From assembly GCA_963678065.2 (NCBI GenBank), contig CAXXVZ010000004.1, positions 544,001-608,000 of the forward strand: a stretch of 64,000 bases of DNA. Reading direction: 5' to 3'. The notes under the pieces are model-generated. The model searched no databases, was not told the DNA's origin, and saw only the letters and a program-made list of their open reading frames with translations. Numbering within the stretch: the first letter of the stretch is position 1; each line of letters begins with the position of its first letter. The translations under genes and the position numbers were made by a program. This DNA is from Treponemataceae bacterium (lineage in GTDB: Bacteria; Spirochaetota; Spirochaetia; Treponematales; Rectinemataceae). This document shows positions 1-8,912 of the stretch, piece by piece.

Positions 1-899
1 ACCGAGCCTTGTACGAACGGATCACCGCTTCCTTCAACAGGGCTTTCCTGAAAAACGGGCGCTATTCGGCCTCCAGGCATTCCGATGCCGAGCTCGCGGA
101 AAAGATCAAGTCCTGGCTCGACATTCTGCCGGAATCCGAAAAGGAAAAAATAAAAAAACGATACGCCACATTGTACTCCGCGAGCAGCCAGACCTCGAAC
201 CTGCTTCCCCTTTATCTCGACATGGTCCCCGCGGACAGCGTCGACGATGTCGTACAGACGCTTCTGCAGGATGTTGTGCACACGCGCAGCAACCATGTGA
301 ACACCGGAGTCGTCGGTGTCAAATATCTCTTCGACGTGCTCGTGAAATGCGGGTACCAAGAGACCGCCTACAAACTCGCAACGCAGACCACCTTCCCGAG
401 CTGGGGCTACCAGATCCGCGAAGGTGCCACCACGCTCTGGGAAAGATGGGAATACCTCTCCGACGACAAGGTTTTCAACTCGCACAGCCATCCTTTCCAG
501 GGAAGCATAGATGCCTGGTTCTACAAATACCTTGCGGGGATCAACCTTGATGAGGCAGGATGCGGCTTCGAAAGAATCCTCATCCGCCCTCTGGTCGTCG
601 GCGATCTGCGCTTCGCGCGGGCGACACTGAAGACAGTGCGGGGCACAGTTTCCTCAAGCTGGGCTCTCGCGGATGGAGTATTCAGCCTCACAGTCTCCGT
701 ACCTGGCAACTGTGAGGCGAAAATCTGTGTTCCCAATCTTGAACTGGAGAACGTCTCGATCTCGGAAGGCGGCACCCCTGTGTGGGTGAATGGAAGGTAT
801 ATCGCGGGAGTCGAAGGGATATCCAAGGCTGACGATGAGCCCGGTTACGTCTTGTTCAGAGTCGGATCGGGAAATTATTCTTTCGTGGCCGCAAAGTAA
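1..899 (+). CDS. alpha-L-rhamnosidase (GH78) C-terminal part, 5'-truncated by the window edge
   Basis: Motifs TGVVGVKYL, PSWGY, GATTLWERW, NSHSH and a C-terminal beta domain (RGTVSSSW...VPGN...VGSGNYSF) are typical of GH78. The frame is open back to the window start. Confidence 0.85.
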   Translation, partial: RALYERITASFNRAFLKNGRYSASRHSDAELAEKIKSWLDILPESEKEKIKKRYATLYSASSQTSNLLPLYLDMVPADSVDDVVQTLLQDVVHTRSNHVNTGVVGVKYLFDVLVKCGYQETAYKLATQTTFPSWGYQIREGATTLWERWEYLSDDKVFNSHSHPFQGSIDAWFYKYLAGINLDEAGCGFERILIRPLVVGDLRFARATLKTVRGTVSSSWALADGVFSLTVSVPGNCEAKICVPNLELENVSISEGGTPVWVNGRYIAGVEGISKADDEPGYVLFRVGSGNYSFVAAK

Positions 900-910
900 T
901 GGAGGAAACC

Positions 911-1639
911 ATGTATCTCGAAGGCAAAGTAGCGTTTATCACAGGAGCCGGGAGGGGGATCGGCAAAGCGATCGCCCTCAGGTTCGCAGAGGAAGGGGCC
1001 GACCTGGTTGTGACCGGCAGAAACCGCGCAGCGCTCGACGAGCTGAAACCAGAAATCCAGGCGAGAGGCAGGAGACTGTTGGTCCTTCCCGGCGACGTAA
1101 CCGATGAGAACAGAGTGCGCGAAATGGTGTCGGAGGCCGAAGCCGAATTCGGGCATGTGGATGTATTGGTCAACAATGCCGGCATATCCATGGAAAAGCC
1201 GTTGCTGGAAATGCCGATGGACGTCTGGGACAAAATCATCGCGATAAATTTACGCGGCACAGTGCTGTGCACGAAGGCCATCCTGCCTGGCATGATTGCC
1301 CGTGCTTCCGGCACGATCGTCAATATCGGTTCCGCGGCGGGCCTGCGGGGTCTTCCCGGCAGCACTGCTTATAGCGCGTCTAAAGCCGCTGTCATAGCCT
1401 TCAGCCAGTCGCTGGGCGACGAGATCAGAGGTAAAGGAGTGAGGATAAACGTCCTCTGCCCCGGTCCCGTGGATACGGAACTTTTCCAGAAATCCGCCGT
1501 GCGGAACTTCATCGTCGCCAATCACGGGGACATTTTCAAGCCCGAGGAAGTCGCGTCTACTGCGCTGTATCTCGCTTCGGATATGTCGAGCGGGATGAAC
1601 AGCCAAGTTCTGACATTGAGAGGCTACAACAGATGGTAA
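911..1639 (+). CDS. SDR family NAD(P)-dependent oxidoreductase
   Basis: TGAGRGIG, NNAG and YSASK motifs; GGAGG RBS at 901-905 before ATG 911. Confidence 0.92.
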   Translation: MYLEGKVAFITGAGRGIGKAIALRFAEEGADLVVTGRNRAALDELKPEIQARGRRLLVLPGDVTDENRVREMVSEAEAEFGHVDVLVNNAGISMEKPLLEMPMDVWDKIIAINLRGTVLCTKAILPGMIARASGTIVNIGSAAGLRGLPGSTAYSASKAAVIAFSQSLGDEIRGKGVRINVLCPGPVDTELFQKSAVRNFIVANHGDIFKPEEVASTALYLASDMSSGMNSQVLTLRGYNRW

Positions 1640-2598
1640 CGGAAATTGATCCCGCATCCAGTGGGCTGAAAGGGATTATTCCCGCCCTCATAACACCGAT
1701 GGATGAGGATGGAAAAGTAGACTATCGCCTGCTCGAAAAACAGACGGCGTATCTCTCGGACGCGGGGGTGGATGGCCTTTTCATCGGTGGGGGGACGGCT
1801 GAGGGAGCCTATCTGAGCGCCAAGGAGAAAAAGGAAATTTTCTCCACAGTACGAAATGTTTCCCGTGGCCGTCAGTTCCTCTGCGCCGCATACATACGTC
1901 CCTCAACAAAGGAAGTGCTCGAGGAAATGTCGGCGCTCGCTTCCTGCAAGCCGGATTACGTGGTTGCGGTCACGCCGTTTTATTTCTCGATGCGGCAGGA
2001 AGATATCATTGCGCACTATCAAAAGATCGCGGCCAACTCCTGCGCTCCCGTGATAATTTACAATATACCCTCAACAACGCATAATCCGATTTTGTTGGAT
2101 ACTCTCCGGGTTCTTTCGGAAGTTGACAACATCGCCGGCGTCAAAGATTCTTCCGGCGACTTCTGCGCTTTTTCGAGGGCTGTGCTGGCTCCGAGACAGC
2201 CCGGGTTCTCCTGGATCCAAGGTGAGGATTACCTGGGCGGCCCTTCGCTTATGGCTGGCGCGGAGGGAATTGTCTCCGGATTGAGCAACGCCCGCGTCGA
2301 GCCATACCTGCGCATGTATGCGGCGGCCCGGAAGGGGGATTGGGCCAGGGTGCGTGCGTATCAGAGCCTTATCGACGAAGATCTCTACGCGATCGTTCGC
2401 CTCTGCGGCAACTCGATTTCATCCGTGAAAGTCGCTTCCGAACTGGCGGGCCGGGGCAGTCGTTGGATGCGCCAGGCAAGTCTTGCGGTCCCGGCCGATC
2501 AGACGACGAGAATTGCGGAGATTCTCGAAAGATATGATAGTAAGCTGGCGACTTTTGAATCGCAGTTCCGGGACCAGCAGGAGAAGACCTTTCAGTGA
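1633..2598 (+). CDS. dihydrodipicolinate synthase/N-acetylneuraminate lyase family aldolase or dehydratase
   Basis: GIIPALITPM, YNIP and GVKDSSG (Schiff-base Lys); start overlaps the SDR stop. Confidence 0.88.
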   Translation: MVTEIDPASSGLKGIIPALITPMDEDGKVDYRLLEKQTAYLSDAGVDGLFIGGGTAEGAYLSAKEKKEIFSTVRNVSRGRQFLCAAYIRPSTKEVLEEMSALASCKPDYVVAVTPFYFSMRQEDIIAHYQKIAANSCAPVIIYNIPSTTHNPILLDTLRVLSEVDNIAGVKDSSGDFCAFSRAVLAPRQPGFSWIQGEDYLGGPSLMAGAEGIVSGLSNARVEPYLRMYAAARKGDWARVRAYQSLIDEDLYAIVRLCGNSISSVKVASELAGRGSRWMRQASLAVPADQTTRIAEILERYDSKLATFESQFRDQQEKTFQ

Positions 2599-2628
2599 TT
2601 TCATAAAAGAAAATCGAAAGGAGTGGTT

Positions 2629-3270
2629 ATGCGGAACATCGAAATCCAGATCGTCAACAGGATTGCGGAACTCCGGAAAAGTCAGAACCTGACAGTGACA
2701 CAGCTGGCAGAGAAATCGAATCTTTCGCCTAGTCTCATATCGCGGATTGAAAACTACAAAATCTCCCCTCCCCTCTCCACTCTTGCCCAGATTGCGGATG
2801 CGCTCAAGGTGAACGTTTCGGATTTCCTGAAGGGCGAAGAAGAGAGCCTCTCCGTCATGATCCATAAGAAAAACGAGAAATACGAGACCATAGAAAAATA
2901 TGGCAAGAAATTTCTCATCCCCTTTTTCGACAATGCATACCGTCTCATGTCGCCCATTATTTTCATCGTCCCTCCCGACCTCAAGGAGATTCATACGATG
3001 AACCACGAGGGCGAGGAGTACATGTTCATTCTGAAAGGTTCACTCAATTTCATGTATGGCAGAGACGAATACGTGCTCAATCAGGAAGACTCCATATACT
3101 TCAAAGGGCATGTCCCGCACGGCACATACAATCTGTCAAATTCTCCTGCCGAGGTCCTGAGCATCATGACATCGCGGCAGAACCTCCATACTGGCATCAC
3201 ATCCTATAGTTTTCTCAGGGATCACCTGGACGAGAATGAAAGGCCCGTGCACAGTAAAAAGAAAACCTGA
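2629..3270 (+). CDS. XRE-family HTH transcriptional regulator with C-terminal cupin domain
   Basis: N-terminal HTH (LRKSQNLTVTQLAEKSNLSPSLISRIEN) and cupin motifs HEGEEY...VPHG; AAGGAG RBS upstream of ATG 2629. Confidence 0.9.
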   Translation: MRNIEIQIVNRIAELRKSQNLTVTQLAEKSNLSPSLISRIENYKISPPLSTLAQIADALKVNVSDFLKGEEESLSVMIHKKNEKYETIEKYGKKFLIPFFDNAYRLMSPIIFIVPPDLKEIHTMNHEGEEYMFILKGSLNFMYGRDEYVLNQEDSIYFKGHVPHGTYNLSNSPAEVLSIMTSRQNLHTGITSYSFLRDHLDENERPVHSKKKT

Positions 3271-3367
3271 CCATAGACTTGCCTCGACTCTGTGTACAGA
3301 CAGGTAAGCCGCTCGCTTGCCCTGCGATGCGGGCGGCTTAACCGCACGTGCTGCCTCATCCGGGAAT

Positions 3368-3866
3368 TTAACCCGGCGCAGTGCCCAGCGGAGCCACGAT
3401 GTATGCGTGGGCAGCAGAGGTAGCCTTGCTGAGAGACGCCAGCCTGCCAAGAGCGGCATCGTATGCGAGCTTGAGTTCAACTATGTCGAGAGCGTCATGG
3501 ACAGCTTTCAGGGCGGTCTTGGCATCATTCGGGATAGAGGGCGAGCACAGGAGCCTCCGATAGGGAGGCGTGGCTGTATCATTACGCTTGATGACCTTGG
3601 CGCCTTCACGATGTTTCGAGACGAGTTTCATGCCAGGAAGGAAGTAGTTCATAAGTGGCACGGCGAAGCGATAGACCTCGGCAAGGGCAGCACGTTCCTC
3701 GTCGGTAGCAAAGCGGGCATAGCCGACGGAGCGACGGACGGCATCATCATTCCGGCACTCGACGTAGCAGTTGTCATTCTTGCGATCAGCCCGGGAGCGG
3801 GTGAAGGCGATGCCAGTGCGGGTGCAGAACGAGGCAACACCGAGGTTGATGAACTCGCCACCGTTA
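3368..3866 (-). pseudogene. 5'-truncated DDE/integrase-core transposase remnant (IS fragment)
   Basis: NGGEFIN...FTRSRADRKNDNCYVECRN...VRRSVGYARF...TPPYRRLL resembles the (D)NGSEF...SRxxRKNDNxxVExKN transposase C-terminal half. The N-terminal half is absent. Confidence 0.75.
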
Positions 3867-4065
3867 AATCCTCCCAAAAGTAGCAGGTTCGGTTTTGTAT
3901 GCGAAATTGCCTGTTTTCCCGTGTTTAGCAGGTTCCTACGCTACAATAGATCTACACCTATTATATGCCAATTCTACAAAATAAGGCAAAACAGAGTCGA
4001 TACAGGTAAAATAAAGTAACAATTGGGAGGTGTGTGTTTTAAGTATTTCATTAAAAGGTAAAGAC

Positions 4066-4094
4066 AAAAAAAACCGGCCTTTTTAGGGGCCGGT
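4066..4094 (-). terminator. intrinsic terminator downstream of tRNA-fMet
   Basis: Stem ACCGGCC/GGCCGGT followed by an 8-T tract on the minus strand. Confidence 0.75.
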
Positions 4095-4102
4095 CTTCTA
4101 TC

Positions 4103-4175
<73 letters not shown>

Positions 4176-4188
4176 TCGTGATGAGATG

Positions 4189-4217
4189 AATCTACACAAT
4201 ATGAAAACAAATGTCAA
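4189..4217 (-). promoter_or_regulatory. sigma70-type promoter of tRNA-fMet
   Basis: TTGACA-17 nt-TAGATT just upstream of the tRNA. Confidence 0.7.
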
Positions 4218-4340
4218 TAGATGCAACGGAACGATTCACGGAGCCTGAAGTCACCGGCGGGACTTAGCGAGAAAAAGCTGGGTTTGACATACGATCCACT
4301 GCGCGGCATATTCATGGGAGAAGAATTCCGGAGGAAAGCC

Positions 4341-5411
4341 GTGAAAAAGAACCTGATTCTGGCCATCGCCTGTGCGGGAATCGTTTCCATCCTCCCCATC
4401 TACGCGCAGAGTAAATCCTTCTTCGATATCGTCGCAGAGGGCAGTCCCGGCGACGTCCTTTCGGCTATGGCGAAAGGCGCGGATGTCGCTTCCCGGGACG
4501 AGTACAATGCCACGCCACTCATGATCGCCGCCGCGAACAATCCGGACCCGGAGGTGATCATGGTCCTTCTGGACGGGGGTTCGGATCTCGAGGCGCGGGG
4601 GGAACTCAACTACACCCCGCTCATGTATGCGGCGGGACACAATGAGGAGCCCGCCATCGCCCGGGTTCTCTTGAAGGCCGGCTCATCGCTCAAGGCTGTG
4701 GACGAGTACGGACGTTCTCCCTTTCTCATCGCCTCCGCTTTCAACGGGAACCCTGCGGTTGCTGAATTCTTCCTCGACCAGGGATTCGACATCGAGCAGA
4801 AAGGCGAACTTCAGTTCACACCGCTTCTCTACGCCGCAGGTCACAACGATAACCCGGACATGATCAGGATGCTTCTCCGCAGGGGAGCGGATATCTACGC
4901 CCGCGACGAGTATGACCGCACGGTCCTCATGATCGCCTCGGCTTTCAGCACGGCCCCCCGCATCGTCGATGTCCTTCTGGATGAAGGTGAGATGGATGTC
5001 GACGAGCAGACGGGAGGCGGCATGACCGCGCTGACGTATGCGGCCTGGATCAATGGGGACCCCGCTTTCGTGCGAAAGCTCCTCGCGCGCGGCGCCGATC
5101 CCTCGCTCCGTGAAAGCGAAGGGATGACGGCGCTCATGCTCGCAGCCCAAGGTAACCCAAGTACCGAAATCATCGACATATTCATCAAGGCTGGCAACGA
5201 TATCGGGGCGCGGGATCTTTCGGGGATGACGGCTCTCATGCACGCGGCGAAGAGCAACCCGAACCCCGATGTGGTGGCCGCCCTCCTCGCCGCCGGAAGC
5301 GACGGCAAGGCAAAGAGCGACGAAGGCAAAACCGCCTTCGATTACGCCAAGGGCAACGAGAAACTGAAAGGCACGAAGATCTTCTTCAAGCTCAACGAAT
5401 CGCGGTTCTGA
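4341..5411 (+). CDS. secreted ankyrin-repeat protein
   Basis: Signal peptide (MKKNLILAIACAGIVSILPIYA), about 10 repeats of TPLMxAA..N....v...LL..GAD, and GGAGG before GTG 4341. Confidence 0.9.
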   Translation: MKKNLILAIACAGIVSILPIYAQSKSFFDIVAEGSPGDVLSAMAKGADVASRDEYNATPLMIAAANNPDPEVIMVLLDGGSDLEARGELNYTPLMYAAGHNEEPAIARVLLKAGSSLKAVDEYGRSPFLIASAFNGNPAVAEFFLDQGFDIEQKGELQFTPLLYAAGHNDNPDMIRMLLRRGADIYARDEYDRTVLMIASAFSTAPRIVDVLLDEGEMDVDEQTGGGMTALTYAAWINGDPAFVRKLLARGADPSLRESEGMTALMLAAQGNPSTEIIDIFIKAGNDIGARDLSGMTALMHAAKSNPNPDVVAALLAAGSDGKAKSDEGKTAFDYAKGNEKLKGTKIFFKLNESRF

Positions 5412-5525
5412 TCGACTGACCGGCTGATCGACGGAGGTTCGGGAGAGGCCGGTTTCTCGCGCGTCTTCCCGATTCTGCGATTCCGACGCAGCTGTGTGCG
5501 GCTCGACATGGCCAGCCCCGTGGGT

Positions 5526-6236
5526 TCAGAAGCGCAGCAGTTTGTGCAGATTGGCCTCTTTTACGACCCGGTGGTGAAGATACAGAAGGAAAGCGGCTAT
5601 CGGGATCAAGGTGAGGGAGGTGATGGCCGACCAGTGGAGACTTATTTCCCCATGCGCCTGGATGTCCACCGTCATTTCGATGCCGAGGCAGATCACGGCG
5701 GCGGCGATGAGGATGAAGCCAATCACGTTCGTCCCCATCCGCTTCGTCCTGAGGGATGCGACGACTGCTCCCGTCACGGCGAGTTCGCTCACGAGGGCTA
5801 TCGGGATGGCTATCGGAAAAGCCCAACTGAGGCTGCCATCTATCGCGTCGAGGGACACGAGGTAGACCGGCAGGGAGAGGGCCGCGACCGTGACAGCCGC
5901 GGGGAGGTGCTTTCCCGCCACGAGCCCGGTTGTCACAAGAATCCAGAGGAATGCCAGGGAGAAAAGGGGATACATCGACCATGAGAACGAGCCCGAGTCG
6001 AGAACGTTGACCCCCGCTACGACGGTGGCGGCGATCAGAACGGCGACGGAGAACACCTCCCAGAGATTGGTCGGCTTGTTCCGGGAACCGAGCACTTCCT
6101 GCATCCCGGACACGGGAGGGATGCGGGGTTCGGGACAGGACTCGCCGGAAATCCGCCTCATATCGAACGAACACAGAGGACAGGTATCCGTTTCCGGCGC
6201 CAGTTCGACGCCGCAGCGGGGACAGTAAGGCATCAT
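5526..6236 (-). CDS. integral membrane protein with N-terminal zinc ribbon (DUF6320-like)
   Basis: YCPRCG...CPLC followed by about 6-7 hydrophobic segments; start overlaps the upstream acyltransferase stop. Confidence 0.72.
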   Translation of the reverse strand: MMPYCPRCGVELAPETDTCPLCSFDMRRISGESCPEPRIPPVSGMQEVLGSRNKPTNLWEVFSVAVLIAATVVAGVNVLDSGSFSWSMYPLFSLAFLWILVTTGLVAGKHLPAAVTVAALSLPVYLVSLDAIDGSLSWAFPIAIPIALVSELAVTGAVVASLRTKRMGTNVIGFILIAAAVICLGIEMTVDIQAHGEISLHWSAITSLTLIPIAAFLLYLHHRVVKEANLHKLLRF

Positions 6237-7624
6237 TGGCCTCCTGACAGATTGCATTCGATTTGTATAGGCAGACCAAGCCGCCTGAGCCGGGAGAAAA
6301 AGAGCCGCTCGAGTTCGCGCGAACGGGCGAGACTTCCGAAATTGATGTAGACCCGGTCCTTCCAGGACAGGACTGCCGCGTTGGTCAGGGTGACGGGGCT
6401 GGGCGTCGGGATGAAGTCGAACCGTTCGATGTGGGCGGCCGGACCGGGCGGCATCGCGACGCGGCCGAGATTCGACACAAAACCGGAGACAAGGCTCTCA
6501 CCCATTTTCGAAAACAGGACGTGCGCGAAAAGATCCTTCAGGAAAAGCGGCACGAGCCTCACAACGAGATTGCGGCTCCCGCCGACATTGCGCGTGATCT
6601 GGCGGGCGATGTTCCGCTCGTCGTTCTCGATGCGGAGCTGATGGTGGGCCCGTGTGACTATTTCGTCGAAATCGCGCTTTCCGAGACGCATATCCTGATT
6701 CACGATCACGAACAGCGAAAAGTTGCGGTTGGACCGGGTCGGGTAGAACTTCCGCATGTTGACGGGGATCTCGACGCCGAGAAGCCAGTGTTTCCGCGCG
6801 CGCTTTCCCGACGCGAGCCAGATTTCCTGGAGGGCGTCGAGATAGATGGCCGCAAGGAGTTCAGTGATCGAGACGCCATAGGCTTTGGCCAGATCGAGGA
6901 GCGGCGCGAGAGGGAGGGAGCCTGAGATTATCCGGTAACGGTGACGCGGCAACTTGGGAGAGGCGATCTGGAAGGCGGGCACGCCGGGGTCCGGCATTGG
7001 CAACTTTTTCGTGAAGTGACGGTGGTAGGCGTCTTCGTACTCCTCGGCGTCCGGCGGATCGTCGATGCGGTATATGTCGGCGAATTCTCCCTCTCCGAGA
7101 GGAGCCCCCGGATGGATGCCCCTGAGCCGGAAATACTCAGTGAGCATTGTCTGCATGAAACGCAGGCCGCCCGAACCATCCGTCAGGGCGTGCGAAAACT
7201 CGCCGGCGATGAGCCTGCCCCGGGCCATTATCCGGATGAGCGCGTTGCCGCGCTTGTTTATGTTGTAGCCCTGGCAGGGGCTCTCCGCGTCCGGATGCAC
7301 GAGGAGCGCGTGGGTGTGGCGTTCGAGGTAGTACCAGAAGAGACCTCTGCGCAGCTCGACGACAAAATAGGGGAAACGGTCGCCGCAGCGACGGAGGGCC
7401 TTGGTGAGGGCGGCCTTGTCGACTTCGTGGTCGACTCTGACTTCGATGCGGAAGAGTGAGGTCGAAACTGAGTCGGAGAGGGCGGGCATGATCGTGGCGG
7501 CGTTGTCGAGGCCGTACCAGGTGCCGGTCTCGTCGTGGAACGCAATCCGGGCCTTTTTGATGTTCGAGCGCTCATGCACGTTCTCCGGACGGTCTCCGGA
7601 TGCCGATTCAACCTTGTCCGTCAC
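6233..7624 (-). CDS. CoA-dependent acyltransferase (alcohol acetyltransferase/condensation-domain family)
   Basis: WYGLDNAA, RRGLFWYYLE, catalytic HALTDG (HxxxDG), PVNMRKFYP and SNLG motifs. Confidence 0.8.
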   Translation of the reverse strand: MTDKVESASGDRPENVHERSNIKKARIAFHDETGTWYGLDNAATIMPALSDSVSTSLFRIEVRVDHEVDKAALTKALRRCGDRFPYFVVELRRGLFWYYLERHTHALLVHPDAESPCQGYNINKRGNALIRIMARGRLIAGEFSHALTDGSGGLRFMQTMLTEYFRLRGIHPGAPLGEGEFADIYRIDDPPDAEEYEDAYHRHFTKKLPMPDPGVPAFQIASPKLPRHRYRIISGSLPLAPLLDLAKAYGVSITELLAAIYLDALQEIWLASGKRARKHWLLGVEIPVNMRKFYPTRSNRNFSLFVIVNQDMRLGKRDFDEIVTRAHHQLRIENDERNIARQITRNVGGSRNLVVRLVPLFLKDLFAHVLFSKMGESLVSGFVSNLGRVAMPPGPAAHIERFDFIPTPSPVTLTNAAVLSWKDRVYINFGSLARSRELERLFFSRLRRLGLPIQIECNLSGGQ

Positions 7625-7633
7625 CCCAGTCCC

Positions 7634-8332
7634 TCAAAGGAAAGAAAGGAACGGTTTGCACAGAACGGCCGCGGCCATGAAGAGCAAGGCCGGCAGGAAG
7701 TCGCCTGTCCTGAATTTCTTCACGTTGAGGAGCCCCAGCGCGATCATGATGACGAGAGCTCCCCCGATACCCGTCAGCTCGGAGAGCATGAGGGGCGATA
7801 CGTAAGGTTTCGCCCATACGGAGCCGACAGTCAAGAGCCCCTGGTACGCGAAGACGCTCAGGGCAGAAAACGCTACCCCGGCTCCCATCGTTCCGGCGAA
7901 CATGATCGATATGAAACCATCGAGGATGCTCTTTGTTAGTAGTATCGAGTAGACGCCCTCGGTCCCTGCCTGGAAGGAGCCCAGGATGGCCATCGCGCCG
8001 GAGCAGAAGAGGACGGAGGCGTTCAGGAAACCGTAAGCGAAAGAAGAATCCGAGTCGTTGCGGGCGAAGCGGCGTTTCAGGACCTCGCCGATCCGGAGGA
8101 TGCCGCCTTCGATGTCGAGAAGCGTGCCGGTCAGGCCGCCCAGGATGAGGGAGATGGCGAGACCGAGAATCATGCTGGTCTTGAAGGCCATCTGTATCCC
8201 GATCACGAGGGTGACTATTCCGGCCGCGCTGAATATGGCTTCTTCGTAGCGTTTCGCGAGTCCCTTCCGGAGTGCAAGTCCGATAAACGAACCGATGATG
8301 ATTGCTGCGGCATTGACGAAGGTGGCGAACAT
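7634..8332 (-). CDS. DUF554 family membrane protein
   Basis: TFVNAAAIIIGS, FCSGAMAILGS, KSILDGF and YQG motifs; multiple TM segments. Confidence 0.88.
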   Translation of the reverse strand: MFATFVNAAAIIIGSFIGLALRKGLAKRYEEAIFSAAGIVTLVIGIQMAFKTSMILGLAISLILGGLTGTLLDIEGGILRIGEVLKRRFARNDSDSSFAYGFLNASVLFCSGAMAILGSFQAGTEGVYSILLTKSILDGFISIMFAGTMGAGVAFSALSVFAYQGLLTVGSVWAKPYVSPLMLSELTGIGGALVIMIALGLLNVKKFRTGDFLPALLFMAAAVLCKPFLSFL

Positions 8333-8437
8333 GGTTGACTCCGGTCGGACTGAAATGCAGGTGACATGGCGCGCCTTGACCGCGCCCGGACGAGTATAGC
8401 ATAATCCCGCGTACTTGGTGCACGGGGCAGGAGAACA

Positions 8438-8881
8438 ATGATGAGATCGAATTTCCACGGATCAGCGGGACGTTCCGTCCCTTTCTTCGCCATGGTGTCG
8501 CTTGTCGCCCTGGTCACCCTGCTCGGGTCCTGCGCCTCGGTTCCGACATCGGTGCCCGATGATTTCACCTCTGCCGAGATCATCCAGAAGGCTCAGGAAG
8601 CGTCGGATCGCTACAACTACAAGGCGGCGCAGTTCTATTACACGACGGCGCAGGAGCGGTTCGGCAGCGATCCGGTCATCGGCAGCACCTGCATGTACGA
8701 GCTCGCCTTCATCGCCTACAAGCAGGGCAGGTACGACGAGGCGCGCGCGGGTTTCAACGCCCTCATCGAGTTCTACGCCCAGCCCGGCAACGAATCCCTG
8801 CCGGCGACCTACCGCATACTCGCCCTCAAAATCCTGGAAAAACTGCCAGCCGCGAAAACCCCCAAACCCGCCGTCAAATAG
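8438..8881 (+). CDS. TPR-like lipoprotein (BamD-like fold)
   Basis: Lipobox LGSC followed by TPR-like helices (YELAFIAYKQGRYDEA); AGGAG RBS; TTGACC-18-CATAAT at 8376-8405. Confidence 0.7.
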   Translation: MMRSNFHGSAGRSVPFFAMVSLVALVTLLGSCASVPTSVPDDFTSAEIIQKAQEASDRYNYKAAQFYYTTAQERFGSDPVIGSTCMYELAFIAYKQGRYDEARAGFNALIEFYAQPGNESLPATYRILALKILEKLPAAKTPKPAVK

Positions 8882-8912
8882 GCCAGCCGCATCCGGGAAT
8901 TCTGAAACCGCA

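Noticed and set aside
3317..3883. 188-aa plus-strand ORF
   Set aside because: Antisense to the transposase remnant.
4341..5411. Periodic DNA similarity suggesting a repeat array or CRISPR
   Set aside because: Explained by in-frame ankyrin repeats; no identical repeats with unique spacers were seen anywhere in the window.
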